A program made the position numbers and the translations under genes. The notes under the pieces are model-generated. The model was not told the origin of the DNA. It saw only the letters and a program-made list of their open reading frames with translations, and did not search any database. From an uncultured bacterium (GTDB lineage: Bacteria; Krumholzibacteriota; Krumholzibacteriia; WVZY01), in the NCBI GenBank assembly GCA_965372355.1, contig CBDVBZ010000003.1, forward strand, positions 26,517 through 90,516: DNA of 64,000 bases, read 5' to 3'. Shown piece by piece: positions 18,052 through 28,306 of the stretch; the first letter of the stretch is position 1; every line of letters begins with the position of its first letter.

Positions 18052-19320
18052 GTGCTGGATCGGCGTCTAATTCGCGAGGACCCCGATAGGGTTATCGAGG
18101 GTGTCAAAGCCAAGGGTGTCGATGTCGATATCGACCGACTCATCGCTTTGGACAAGAAGCTTCTCGAGAATATGAAAGAGAGTGAGCAGCTCAAACACGA
18201 ACGCAACGTCAAGAGTGAGGAAATCGCGAAGAAAAAGCGGGCCGGTGAGGACGCGTCCGAGCTTCACAAGTACCTGAAGGAACTCTCCCAGCGAATCAAG
18301 GATTACGAAGCCAAGGACAAGGAGGTCAGCGAGGAGCTCGATGACCTGCTGCTGCTCGTCCCCAATATTCCGCACGAGAGCGCGCCGGTCGGACACGGTG
18401 AGGAAGACAATGTCGTCGTCCGCAACGTTGGCGAGCAAAAGGAACTGTTCGAGGACATCAAACCGCACTGGGAGATTGGTGAAGAACTCGGTGTTCTCGA
18501 TCTCGAGGCGGGGCGCAAGGTAACGGGACGCGGGTTCATCGTGTTTCGAGGCGACGGAGCGCTGATGTGCCGCGCTCTGATCAACATGATGCTGGATATC
18601 CACGTCGAGCAGGGTTACGAGGAGATCCTCCCTCCCTTTGTTGTTAACCGCGATTCCATGATCGGCACCGGGCAGCTGCCGAAGATGCAGGATGACATGT
18701 ATCTTTGCGAGATCGATGACCTCTTCTTGATCCCGACCGCAGAGGTGCCGGTCACCAATCTCGATCGAGAGTCGTTTATCCCGGTCGATCGGTTGCCGAA
18801 AAAATACACGGCTTATACACCGTGTTTTCGAAGAGAAGCAGGAAGTCACGGCGCCGATACACGGGGTCTGCTACGTGTCCACCAGTTCGACAAGGTCGAA
18901 ATGGTCAAGGTTGTGCATCCCGACACGTCATACGACGAGCTGGAAACCCTCCTCGGGGATGCCGAGGTGGTTCTCGACGCGCTGGAACTCCCGTACCGTG
19001 TCGTGGAGCTTTGTACCGTGGATCTGAGCTTCGCCGCGGCCAAGTGCTACGACCTCGAAATATACGCGCCGGGTGTGGGGAAATGGCTCGAAGTGTCTTC
19101 GTGTAGCAACTTCGAGGACTTCCAGGCGCGCCGCGCGGGGATCCGGATCAAGAAGACGCCCGGCGAGAAGCACCGTTTCCCCCACACGCTCAACGGATCC
19201 GGTCTCGCACTCCCCCGGATCGTCGCAGGGATCCTCGAATATCACCAAACGCCAACCGGACGTGTTAAAATCCCCCCAAAACTGGTACCCTACATGCGTG
19301 GCAAGGAGTATTTGGGCTAA
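18052..19320 (+). CDS. serS: Seryl-tRNA synthetase
   Basis: N-terminal coiled coil; LIPTAEVP, CFRREAGSHG.DTRGLLRVHQFDKVE, EVSSCSN, HTLNGSGLA. Confidence 0.97.
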   Translation: MLDRRLIREDPDRVIEGVKAKGVDVDIDRLIALDKKLLENMKESEQLKHERNVKSEEIAKKKRAGEDASELHKYLKELSQRIKDYEAKDKEVSEELDDLLLLVPNIPHESAPVGHGEEDNVVVRNVGEQKELFEDIKPHWEIGEELGVLDLEAGRKVTGRGFIVFRGDGALMCRALINMMLDIHVEQGYEEILPPFVVNRDSMIGTGQLPKMQDDMYLCEIDDLFLIPTAEVPVTNLDRESFIPVDRLPKKYTAYTPCFRREAGSHGADTRGLLRVHQFDKVEMVKVVHPDTSYDELETLLGDAEVVLDALELPYRVVELCTVDLSFAAAKCYDLEIYAPGVGKWLEVSSCSNFEDFQARRAGIRIKKTPGEKHRFPHTLNGSGLALPRIVAGILEYHQTPTGRVKIPPKLVPYMRGKEYLG

Positions 19321-19412
19321 GCGGCGAGGAGCATGGTGAGCGCCTTGCGAGCGAGGCTCTTTCTTGGGGCCCTCGCTCAACTTCGCTCCCTTCAAGGACA
19401 GGCCGGCTAGCC

Positions 19413-19525
19413 GCGTCTGCGGGGGGTGGCGCCGTCCCGCAAGAGCGCAGCCTTGTGGGCTGTTCGGCGACCCCCTCCGGGGACCCTCTTTCAGAGGACA
19501 GGCAGGCAGGACTCGACGCAGACGC
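19413..19525 (+). repeat. Structured intergenic repeat, copy C
   Basis: Different but perfect terminal stem GCGTCTGCG/CGCAGACGC around the same core; preceded by CCCTTCAAGGACAGGC. Confidence 0.8.
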
Positions 19526-19589
19526 GATGGATTCCCGTGAAGGGATCCTGCGGAAGACCTCACTCGCTCGGCGCCGACGACTGACTAAA

Positions 19590-20855
19590 ATGTTCAATCA
19601 ATTCTCGAACTATCGTGGGAATGTCCGTTTCTGGCTCAAGGCCTACGTGTTCGTGGTCGTGGCCGTGCTGGTGCTCGGGATACTCCTCTATACCAATCAC
19701 GTCGTCGGGCGCATGGAAGCACAGTCTGAGGCGTCGACACGTCTGTTCTCGAGGTTTATCGCGGAGGTGATTTTCGAGGTAGAGGACGCCGGCAAACGAG
19801 AGATCCTCCAGGACGTCATCGAGGGAATCAACCATCCCATCATCCTCACAGATTCGGACGGACGCCCGTTTGCCTGGCACCGCGTCCCAATACCCGAAGC
19901 CCCCGATGCGGATTTCGATAGCCTGTTCACGATCGACCCCGACAACCCCCCGGCCGGCTACATCGCCGATGCCATCGCGCTCTACCGCAGATTCGACACG
20001 GACAATCCACCGATTGCGATTCGGGAGTCGGGTTCCCAACTCGTCGTCGGGTACGTTCATTTCGGGGCATCTCAGCTCCAGCGGGAGCTCCGCCTGGTGC
20101 CGTTCATTCTGCTTGGTCTTTTCCTCGTCTTCGGGTTTGTTGGGTTCCAGGGGTTCCGTTATCTCAAGATCAGCGAGCAGCGCTCCATCTGGGTCGGTCT
20201 TGCCAAGGAGACGGCGCACCAGCTCGGCACACCGCTCTCAGCCCTGCTCGGCTGGACGCAGCTGCTTAGAGATCAGCTCACCGAGAACCGTGAAAAAGAC
20301 GCGATGGTCTCGGTAGGTGAGATGGAGGAGGACCTCAAACGGCTCAGCAAGGTCACGGAGCGGTTTAGTAAGATCGGCGCACGACCCGAGCTGCGACGTA
20401 TCGAGCTCTCTCCCGTTCTCGATCGGACGGTGAAGTATTTCCACAGACGCTTGCCGCGCCTCAAGGCGGATTCCACGATTTCCCGTGACTTCGAGGATAC
20501 GCCACCGATCAACGCCAACGAGGAACTCATCGAATGGGTCTTCGAGAATCTCATCAAAAACGGACTCGACGCGATGGGGGACAAGGGCGGCAGAATCGAG
20601 ATCCGGACCCGGTACGATGAGTCCCGCGGCAGGGTCGACGTGTTTGTCAGCGACACGGGCAAGGGTGTCCCCGCCGCACTCAGGCAACGCATTTTCTCAC
20701 CGGGGTTTACGACGAAGAAGCGAGGGTGGGGTTTGGGGTTGACGCTCACCCGCAGGATCGTCGAAGAATACCACGGCGGCGAACTCCGGCTCATCGACTC
20801 GCAACCTGGACGTGGCAGCACGTTCCTGGTGCGTTTTCCCATCGCACAGCCGTAA
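19590..20855 (+). CDS. Membrane sensor histidine kinase
   Basis: Two TM helices; H-box ETAHQLGTP, N-box ENLIKNGLD, G boxes DTGKG and GWGLGL; alternative start 19527. Confidence 0.92.
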   Translation: MFNQFSNYRGNVRFWLKAYVFVVVAVLVLGILLYTNHVVGRMEAQSEASTRLFSRFIAEVIFEVEDAGKREILQDVIEGINHPIILTDSDGRPFAWHRVPIPEAPDADFDSLFTIDPDNPPAGYIADAIALYRRFDTDNPPIAIRESGSQLVVGYVHFGASQLQRELRLVPFILLGLFLVFGFVGFQGFRYLKISEQRSIWVGLAKETAHQLGTPLSALLGWTQLLRDQLTENREKDAMVSVGEMEEDLKRLSKVTERFSKIGARPELRRIELSPVLDRTVKYFHRRLPRLKADSTISRDFEDTPPINANEELIEWVFENLIKNGLDAMGDKGGRIEIRTRYDESRGRVDVFVSDTGKGVPAALRQRIFSPGFTTKKRGWGLGLTLTRRIVEEYHGGELRLIDSQPGRGSTFLVRFPIAQP

Positions 20856-20961
20856 CCAGCAGAATCCGGTATCCTGTATCGTTCAAAGGCTTTATAATTA
20901 TACGGCAAGCGGGGTCGGCCCCGTGGCGGATCGGGTTAAACCAATCTGAGAGAGGTAGCCA

Positions 20962-22512
20962 GTGGCAGTTCAGCGGATACTCTGGGTGGATGACGAGATC
21001 GAGCATCTCAAGGCGCACGTGCAGTTCCTCGAGGGAAAGGGCTACGAGGTCCAGTCCGCCACGAACGGCGAGGATGCGATCGAGATGGTGCGCACACGCA
21101 CGTTCGACGTGCTGCTTCTCGATGAAAACATGCCCGGTATGGGCGGTTTGGAAACACTGAACGAGATCAAGGAAATCGACCCCGGTCTTCAAGTGGTGAT
21201 GATCACGAAGAGCGAGGAAGAGCAGCTGATGGACGATGCCATCGGTATGAAGATCGCCGGGTATCTGCTCAAGCCGGTTAGCCCGATGCAGATCTACTCA
21301 GCGTGCAAGCGGATACTCGATTCGGAACGCCTGCAGGAGGAACGCTTTTCACAAGAATACGTGAGAGAGTTCAACAACATGACAAACCTGATCCACGAGG
21401 CGTCGTGGGACAGCTGGCTCCAGATACACCGCAGGCTGTGCTCGTGGGACCTGGAGTTCGACCGTTTTCGCGAGAGCGGCTTGACCAGCACGCACGAGGA
21501 TCAGAAACAGAACGCAAACCGGCAGTTCGGCCGCTTTATCGAGAAACAGTATCCAGAGTGGCTCCATTCCGAAGATCGTCCTCCGCTAAGCACCGATGTG
21601 TTTTCGAAGTTCGTCGCCCCACATTTGAAGGCGGGGGAGAACGTTTTCTTTATCGTGATCGACTGCGTCCGGCTCGATCAGTGGCTCGTCATCGAGGAGT
21701 TACTGCGGGACGAATTCGAGATCCAAAAGGACTACTATCTCTCGATTCTTCCGACGGCCACACCGTACGCACGAAACGCGATCTTTAGCGGTCTGTTCCC
21801 AGACGACATCGCCAGGAAGTATCCGGAGAAGTGGCTCGAGAAGTCGAAGGACGAGATCAGCAAGAACCGATACGAGGAGTTCTTTCTGAAGCAGCAGATG
21901 CGCAGACACGGGTTGTCGCCGGAGCGGACGAAGTACATCAAGATCTACGCGGTTCGGGAGGCCGAAGAGCTTAGAAAACGGATCGATAACCTGGTGACAC
22001 TGCCCTTCGTAGCGCTCGTCTTCAACTTTGTCGATATGCTCACGCACGGCCGGAATCAATCCGAGATTCTGCACCAGATCGCACCCGACGAATCGGCGTT
22101 CCGATCGGTGGTGCGCTCGTGGTTCTCTCACTCGGTTCTGCTCGACATCTTTAGGGAGCTGGCGAGAAAAAAGGTAAGAGTGGTCATGACCACCGATCAC
22201 GGATCGATTCTCGGCAAGCGCGCAAGTCTCGTTCACGGAAGGCGGGACACATCGGCGAACCTGCGCTACAAATTCGGGGACAACCTGAAATGCGATGGGC
22301 GGCAGGCGATCATCACGCGTCGGCCAGGAGTGTTTCGGTTGCCCGCCGAATCGAAGACAAAAAGCTACCTGTTCGCCAAAGAGTACTACTATTTTGTCTA
22401 CCCGACGAATTATCGGGAATACGAGAACAAATACCAGGGCAGTTTTCAACACGGTGGGGCCTCGCTCGAAGAAATGATACTGCCGTGTCTTACGGCTACA
22501 CCAAAGCCCTGA
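20962..22512 (+). CDS. porX: PorX-family response regulator (REC + PglZ/alkaline-phosphatase domain)
   Basis: REC WVDDE, LLDENMP; IVIDCVRLDQW, LPTATPYARNAIF, VDMLTH, TTDHG, FQHGGASLEEM. Confidence 0.85.
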   Translation: MAVQRILWVDDEIEHLKAHVQFLEGKGYEVQSATNGEDAIEMVRTRTFDVLLLDENMPGMGGLETLNEIKEIDPGLQVVMITKSEEEQLMDDAIGMKIAGYLLKPVSPMQIYSACKRILDSERLQEERFSQEYVREFNNMTNLIHEASWDSWLQIHRRLCSWDLEFDRFRESGLTSTHEDQKQNANRQFGRFIEKQYPEWLHSEDRPPLSTDVFSKFVAPHLKAGENVFFIVIDCVRLDQWLVIEELLRDEFEIQKDYYLSILPTATPYARNAIFSGLFPDDIARKYPEKWLEKSKDEISKNRYEEFFLKQQMRRHGLSPERTKYIKIYAVREAEELRKRIDNLVTLPFVALVFNFVDMLTHGRNQSEILHQIAPDESAFRSVVRSWFSHSVLLDIFRELARKKVRVVMTTDHGSILGKRASLVHGRRDTSANLRYKFGDNLKCDGRQAIITRRPGVFRLPAESKTKSYLFAKEYYYFVYPTNYREYENKYQGSFQHGGASLEEMILPCLTATPKP

Positions 22513-22513
22513 G

Positions 22514-22987
22514 ATGACCGACGACTACAAAACCCAGCGCTACAGAGTTCAATCACTCTCCGAGTCCGGGACGTTGGAGATCGGAGCAAGGTTCGGATGT
22601 CGAATCGACCGTCCCCTGTGCATATGCCTGGTGGGATCGCTGGGCGCGGGAAAGTCTGTCATTGCGAGAGGTATATGCAAGGGGCTGGGTGTGGATGAGG
22701 TGGTTGTGAGCCCCAGCTTCATCCTGTGCGAGGAGTACGACGCTCGGATCCCCGTCATCCACGTCGACCTCTACAGACTCGAACACGAAAGCGAAGTCGA
22801 CGAGCTCGGTCTGTACGATCGGATGAACGACGCCGTGGTTCTGGTCGAGTGGGGGGATCGATCGGCCAATCTGATCGACGCCGCGGACATCGTTATCCGC
22901 CTGAGTGTATCCGGTCAAAAGGAACGCGCCATTGAACTGACGTGTGCCGAAACACTCGGCTCGATCTGCGAGGGCCTACAGCCGTGA
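22514..22987 (+). CDS. tsaE: t6A biosynthesis ATPase TsaE
   Basis: GSLGAGKS, SPSF, HVDLYRL, VEWG. Confidence 0.92.
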   Translation: MTDDYKTQRYRVQSLSESGTLEIGARFGCRIDRPLCICLVGSLGAGKSVIARGICKGLGVDEVVVSPSFILCEEYDARIPVIHVDLYRLEHESEVDELGLYDRMNDAVVLVEWGDRSANLIDAADIVIRLSVSGQKERAIELTCAETLGSICEGLQP

Positions 22988-23715
22988 CGATTCTTGCTAT
23001 CGATACATCGCATTCGAGGGGCAGCGTCTCGATTCAGATCGGCGACAAAGAACCCAAGAGTCTCCTCTTTGGAACGGCGTCGTCGCACCTCGTCGAAATG
23101 GGTGAAGCAGTCGCAACGTTGCTGGACGCGTCGGGTGTCCGCCCCGAGGATATCGACCGGGTTGCGCTGGTCATCGGTCCTGGGAGTTTCACGGGACTGA
23201 GGATTGGCCTCGCGTACACGAAGGGCCTTTACGCGGCTCTCGGAGTGGAAGTCGTGACGATGATCAGTCTCGAGCTTCTTGCGACGCCCGTACTCGAGAC
23301 GCACGGTGCGGTATGCGCGATGATCGACGCTCGCAAGTCCGAGGTCTACGCAGCTGTCTACGGACGCGACGCCTCCGGCTCCGGAGTACATGCCATCACC
23401 GAACCCCACGCGACCGCGCCGGGCAAACTCTTGACATCGCTTGAGGGACGGCCAATGGTATTTGTTGGGTCGGGAGCGGTGCGGTTTCGCCGCGTCGTCG
23501 AGGAGGCCATGGGGCCCTCGGCCGTTTTTGCCGCCGACCCGCACCACCAGCCGTCAACCGCGGTTCTGTGCCGGGTGGCGAGGGAGTTACCTCCGCTGGA
23601 CAGAGAGAGCGTATCCAGACTCGAACCGTACTACATCCGCCCCAGTGACGCGAAACTGAGCACACTGAGACGAATACAAAGCCATGGACGACATCAAACT
23701 CGCACAGATGACTAA
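22984..23715 (+). CDS. tsaB: t6A biosynthesis protein TsaB
   Basis: ILAIDTS, GPGSFTGLRIG, IDARKSEVY, LEPYYIR; GTGA overlap with tsaE. Confidence 0.92.
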   Translation: MTILAIDTSHSRGSVSIQIGDKEPKSLLFGTASSHLVEMGEAVATLLDASGVRPEDIDRVALVIGPGSFTGLRIGLAYTKGLYAALGVEVVTMISLELLATPVLETHGAVCAMIDARKSEVYAAVYGRDASGSGVHAITEPHATAPGKLLTSLEGRPMVFVGSGAVRFRRVVEEAMGPSAVFAADPHHQPSTAVLCRVARELPPLDRESVSRLEPYYIRPSDAKLSTLRRIQSHGRHQTRTDD

Positions 23716-24181
23716 TGCGCACATCGACCAGGTTCTCGCGATCGAGAGGGCTGTTTTTGACTCGCCGTGGACGAGCCAGATGTTCGAACAGGAAGTCCGC
23801 GGTGTATTCGGCTCCTACCCGACCGTGGCGGTGGTTGACGGACGGGTCGTCGGGTACCAGGTTGTGTGGTTCGTCGAGGACGAGGTGCACCTCGTCAATA
23901 TTGCCGTCCGCAAGGGGTATCAGGCACGCGGAATCGGGTCTATGCTGCTGAGGCAGTTGATCGAGGATGCGCTCCAGAAGCGCAAGGCAATCATTACGCT
24001 CGAAGTTCGCGCGAGTAATGAGGTCGCGCAGGCGTTCTACCACAGGTTTCTCTTTCGAACCATTGGCGTCCGCAAGGGCTACTACTCCGACAACCGGGAG
24101 GATGCTCTGCTGATGGCTCTCGATCTTTCCAACTTCTCGCATCGGAGACGCGTCGTTGAAGGAAGAACCAAAGCCCGCTGA
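23684..24181 (+). CDS. rimI: Ribosomal protein N-acetyltransferase RimI (GNAT)
   Basis: FDSPWT, HLVNIAV, QARGIG, LEVRASN, RKGYYSDNREDA. Confidence 0.92.
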   Translation: MDDIKLAQMTNAHIDQVLAIERAVFDSPWTSQMFEQEVRGVFGSYPTVAVVDGRVVGYQVVWFVEDEVHLVNIAVRKGYQARGIGSMLLRQLIEDALQKRKAIITLEVRASNEVAQAFYHRFLFRTIGVRKGYYSDNREDALLMALDLSNFSHRRRVVEGRTKAR

Positions 24182-24965
24182 GAGCTTGGGTGGTGTCGAG
24201 TTTGCCGTGCTTCTCGGCAGCGGATTGGGTGTCCTGAGCGATGACTATCCGTTGGAAGCGACCATTCGCTTCGAGGACGTTCCGGGTCTGACGCATCCGG
24301 ACATCATGGGTCACGCCGGTGAGATCCAACGGCGCCTCGTGGGCTCGAGACCATGCCTTCTCGTACGCGGCCGAAAACACCACTACGAAGGAAAAACCGA
24401 GGAAATCGAGTGCATGATTCGGTTCCTCCACTCGGCTGGTGTGAGGAAACTGCTTGTGACATCGGCCGCCGGCAGTCTCACCCCGACGCTCGAGCCCGGC
24501 GGGCTCGTTGTCGTCGAGCAGATCCTGGATTGCCAGTTTCGGCCGCCGTCTCACATCATCGCGTCGGTCCACGCTCCTGGCGATCCGTCGAGACCCGGTC
24601 CGGCCGGCCGTCGTCTCGTGCTGGATGCGAGTCTGACCCGGTGCCTCGCGCGTTCCGCAGCCTCCACCGGCATCTCCGCAACCCCCGGCACGCTCTCCAG
24701 CTGGCCGGGGCCCGCCTACGAGACGAGAGCGGAAGTCCACGCCCTCCAAACCGCCGGGGTCTCCGTCGCTTCGATGTCGGCGGCGCCGGAGGTGGCCGTT
24801 GCCAACGCGCTTGGCATCCAAGTTGCCTGCCTGGTGGTGGTCACCAACTGGGTGACGGGCGTGTCGCCCACGAGGCTCAGTCACGAACAGGTCCTGGAGG
24901 CCGGCCGGAGCGTGGCGGCGGACCTCGGCCGCCTGATCGCCGCCGTGGTGGCGGCGTCGGGGTAG
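24156..24965 (+). CDS. Purine-nucleoside phosphorylase (trimeric PNP/MTAP family)
   Basis: LGSGLG, GHAG, GR.HHYEG, GPAYETRAE, SMS..PEV, VTN. Confidence 0.85.
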   Translation: MKEEPKPAESLGGVEFAVLLGSGLGVLSDDYPLEATIRFEDVPGLTHPDIMGHAGEIQRRLVGSRPCLLVRGRKHHYEGKTEEIECMIRFLHSAGVRKLLVTSAAGSLTPTLEPGGLVVVEQILDCQFRPPSHIIASVHAPGDPSRPGPAGRRLVLDASLTRCLARSAASTGISATPGTLSSWPGPAYETRAEVHALQTAGVSVASMSAAPEVAVANALGIQVACLVVVTNWVTGVSPTRLSHEQVLEAGRSVAADLGRLIAAVVAASG

Positions 24966-25119
24966 TCTCGCTTACCTGCCACAAAGGCAAACTATGACAG
25001 CAGTGTAGGTTAGAGACGCCGACTGCTGATGAGTGTTTTTGGGGTTGTAGCGCGTTGTGGCCAGCCATTATAGTACGGCTGAAACCTCCGTTGTCGCATG
25101 TAGTTAAGGAAGGCACCGT

Positions 25120-26022
25120 ATGTCCTGGTTACGCAGAACCAAGAAGAAGCTCCAGAGATCGACGCAGAAGAAGTCGGTGCCCGATGGGTTGTGGCGGAAG
25201 TGTGACTTCTGCAGCGAGATCCTCTATGTCAAGGAGCTCGAAAAACGGCTCTGGGTGTGCTCGAAGTGCGATTACCACTTCATGATCAGCACGGAGAACT
25301 ACATCGAGATCATCTGTGACCCGGGTACTTTCGAGGAAACGCACACCGGGCTCCGGTCGGTCGATCCTCTGGAATTCCGGGACTCCAAGCGGTACAAAGA
25401 CCGCATCCGGGACTACACCAAGAAAACCGGCAAGGATGAGGCCGTCGTCACCGGGACGGCCCGGATGGCCGGACGCGGTTTCGTGCTGGCGATAATGGAT
25501 TTCTCGTTCATGGGCGGCAGCATGGGCTCGGTCGTCGGGGAGAAGATCAGTCGTGCGATGAACGACTCGATCGAAGGCCGGCATCCGCTGATCGTTGTAT
25601 CGCGGTCGGGTGGCGCACGAATGCAGGAATCGATATTTTCGCTGATGCAGATGGCGAAGACATCCGCGATGCTCTCGAAGATGTCCGAGGAGCGGATCCC
25701 GTACATATCTATTCTTACCAACCCGACGACGGGTGGTGTGACGGCGAGCTTTGCGAGTCTCGGCGATGTCATTATCGCGGAACCCAAGGCATTGATCGGT
25801 TTCGCCGGCCCGCGTGTCATCAAGCAGACGATTCGTCAGGAGTTGCCCGAGGGATTTCAGAGGAGTGAGTTCCTCTTGAAGCACGGTATGATCGATATGG
25901 TATGCTCGCGGAACAATCTGCGGCACATGGTCGAGGAACTGCTTGGTTTTCTCTGTGTCGAAGACGCGGTCACCGGACACGAGGCGGATACGGATGAGGA
26001 GGAATCCCCCGCGGTTTCTTGA
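25120..26022 (+). CDS. accD: Acetyl-CoA carboxylase carboxyltransferase beta subunit
   Basis: LWRKCDFC...CSKC Zn finger; GGSMGSVVGEK, SGGARMQE, GFAGPRVI. Confidence 0.96.
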   Translation: MSWLRRTKKKLQRSTQKKSVPDGLWRKCDFCSEILYVKELEKRLWVCSKCDYHFMISTENYIEIICDPGTFEETHTGLRSVDPLEFRDSKRYKDRIRDYTKKTGKDEAVVTGTARMAGRGFVLAIMDFSFMGGSMGSVVGEKISRAMNDSIEGRHPLIVVSRSGGARMQESIFSLMQMAKTSAMLSKMSEERIPYISILTNPTTGGVTASFASLGDVIIAEPKALIGFAGPRVIKQTIRQELPEGFQRSEFLLKHGMIDMVCSRNNLRHMVEELLGFLCVEDAVTGHEADTDEEESPAVS

Positions 26023-27331
26023 CGCCCCCCCAGCGCTACCCCCAAAGCTATCATTCGTTCTTAGCCTGTCCCCATCGGCGATGACATTGGGTCTGGGCAA
26101 CATGCGTCAGCTTCTGCGCGCCCTCGATCATCCCGAGAGGCGTTTTCGTTCGGTGCTCGTGGCGGGGACGAACGGCAAAGGCTCCGTTACCGCCTACCTC
26201 TCCGCAATTCTGACGCAAAGCGGCATGCGCGTCGGCTGGTACAATTCACCCCACGTCTATCAGGTGACCGAGCGAATCCGGGTGGATGGCTCACAGATCA
26301 CACTCGAACAAATGGAGGAAGCCGCCGCGCGGGTTGCCCCGCTCCACGAGAGCATCGGCTACAGTTACTTCGAGGCGCTCACGGCGATCGCATTCCTCGT
26401 CTTCGCAGACCTCGGCGTGGAGCTTGCCGTTCTGGAGACGGGTCTCGGGGGACGCTTCGACGCCACCAATGTCGTCGAACCCGAGGTGTGTGTGCTCACG
26501 CATATAGGGCTCGACCATCGACGCATCCTCGGGGATACCGAAGAGGAGATCCTTCGCGAGAAGCTGGGTATCACACGGCCCGAGACCCCGTTTCTAGTCG
26601 GTCCTCTTGCGCCCAATCTAATGGAGATGGTTGAGGAAAAGGCCCGACACGACCGCATCCCCCTCCATACATCGGATGCGCTGGGGTCGGTCGATCTGGA
26701 TGCTCTATCGTTTTCCGGGATGCACGCCAGAGTCAGAACTCGCGCGCGCGACTATGGTACCGTTCGTCTGCCGTTTGCGGGCGAGCACCAGCTGGCAAAC
26801 GCGTTGCTTGCCATCGGAGCGGCCGAGCAAGTCATGGGCGCCATCGGTGATTTGGGTTCGGCGGCGGATCATACCGATATGCCCGGTCGATTCGAGGTGC
26901 ACGAGGTGAACGGCAAACGCGTGATCCTCGATGTCGCGCACAATGATGACGGACTGATCGCCGCCGCGCGGACACTCGGTGCCTTGTCACCGGCGGAAAA
27001 AAACGCGATGATACTCGGGGTTCTGAACCGCAAGGAACTGATCGATTTTCCCCGCGTCGCCTCGCGATGGATTGGCAGGATCTGTCTCGTTCAGCCGGCG
27101 AGTGATGAGTGGCTCGCCGCTCCGTCGATGCTCGAGCGGATGGGTCTCGGGAACGTGCGTGACGGAGGGCTCGAGGTTGCGCTGCAGAGTTGTCTCGAGC
27201 ACGATGCGGATTGGGATAGTCTTCTCGATCGGTTGCTCGACGCGGCGGTGCCCCATGAAGCGTTGCTCATCACCGGTTCCCACCGGACGGTCGAGCTTTT
27301 TGGCCGGCGATTGCTAAGGCGGACAAAATGA
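25994..27331 (+). CDS. folC: Folylpolyglutamate/dihydrofolate synthase
   Basis: VAGTNGKGSV, SPH...ERI, LETGLGGRFDATNV, LDVAHN; start uncertain (25994-26081). Confidence 0.9.
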   Translation: MRRNPPRFLDAPPALPPKLSFVLSLSPSAMTLGLGNMRQLLRALDHPERRFRSVLVAGTNGKGSVTAYLSAILTQSGMRVGWYNSPHVYQVTERIRVDGSQITLEQMEEAAARVAPLHESIGYSYFEALTAIAFLVFADLGVELAVLETGLGGRFDATNVVEPEVCVLTHIGLDHRRILGDTEEEILREKLGITRPETPFLVGPLAPNLMEMVEEKARHDRIPLHTSDALGSVDLDALSFSGMHARVRTRARDYGTVRLPFAGEHQLANALLAIGAAEQVMGAIGDLGSAADHTDMPGRFEVHEVNGKRVILDVAHNDDGLIAAARTLGALSPAEKNAMILGVLNRKELIDFPRVASRWIGRICLVQPASDEWLAAPSMLERMGLGNVRDGGLEVALQSCLEHDADWDSLLDRLLDAAVPHEALLITGSHRTVELFGRRLLRRTK

Positions 27332-28305
27332 AAAACCGGGTGTTTCTTGGAATCGATATTGGGGGGACCAACACAAAGCTCGCGCTTGTCTCCGAGACCG
27401 GCCGGCCGGTCGCCCGCGACATGATCGAAACACGCGCCGCCGACGGTGCCGAGCGGTTGTTCGCCCGTATAGCCGAGATTCTCCCGTCGGTGACCGGTCC
27501 TCGCCGCTCGATCGCTGGTGTCGGTATCGGCTGCGCGGGGCTCGTGGATACCCGGACCGGGAGGCTGAGGTCGGCGCCGAACCTGCCGGAGTGGAGAAAC
27601 ACTCCCATTTTGAGAATCGGCAGGCAAGTCTTTGGGGTATACACCTATATAGACAACGATGCCAACGCCGCCGCGTACGGTGAGTACCAACGCGGGTGTG
27701 GCAAGCGGGCGCGTCTCTTCGTGTGCATCACGCTGGGCACCGGGGTTGGGGGTGGCATCGTCAGTCACGGCGAAGTTCTCAGAGGATCGAGGAACTACGC
27801 TGGAGAGATCGGTCATATGACGGTCAATGGCCGGGGTCCGCGCTGCCGTTGTGGCAATCGAGGGTGTCTGGAAGCGTATGTCGGCGCGTGGGCGCTGGTC
27901 AGGTCCGCGAGACGCATCCTGGGGCCAAAGCCCGGCGGGGGCCTGCGCGGATCGCGGGCATCCACACCCCTGACACCGGAGAGAATCGCCGGCGCGGCGC
28001 GCAAGGGACACCGCGCGGCCCGGGAGGTTTTTGTCCGCGCCGCAGAGCACCTCGGTACGGCGATTGCGACACTGGTCAATGTTCTCAACCCGGATGTGGT
28101 TGGGCTGGCTGGTGGTGTGGCCACCGAGTTCGACCTCATGGAGGATCGCGTGCGCGCCGTGGTCGCCGATCGGGCCTTCCCCGAGTCGGTGGAAGCGGTG
28201 AAGATCGTTCGCGGCGTGCTCGGGCTCGACGCCGCCGCGATTGGTGTGGCTCTGATGGCCAGGGATGCGGTGCGCTCATCGAATAGACGGAGAGAGAAGG
28301 CTTAA
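27328..28305 (+). CDS. ROK-family sugar kinase (glucokinase-like)
   Basis: GIDIGGT, DNDANAAAYGE, LGTGVGGG, AGEIGH, CRCGNRGCLE. Confidence 0.92.
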   Translation: MKNRVFLGIDIGGTNTKLALVSETGRPVARDMIETRAADGAERLFARIAEILPSVTGPRRSIAGVGIGCAGLVDTRTGRLRSAPNLPEWRNTPILRIGRQVFGVYTYIDNDANAAAYGEYQRGCGKRARLFVCITLGTGVGGGIVSHGEVLRGSRNYAGEIGHMTVNGRGPRCRCGNRGCLEAYVGAWALVRSARRILGPKPGGGLRGSRASTPLTPERIAGAARKGHRAAREVFVRAAEHLGTAIATLVNVLNPDVVGLAGGVATEFDLMEDRVRAVVADRAFPESVEAVKIVRGVLGLDAAAIGVALMARDAVRSSNRRREKA

Positions 28306-28306
28306 G

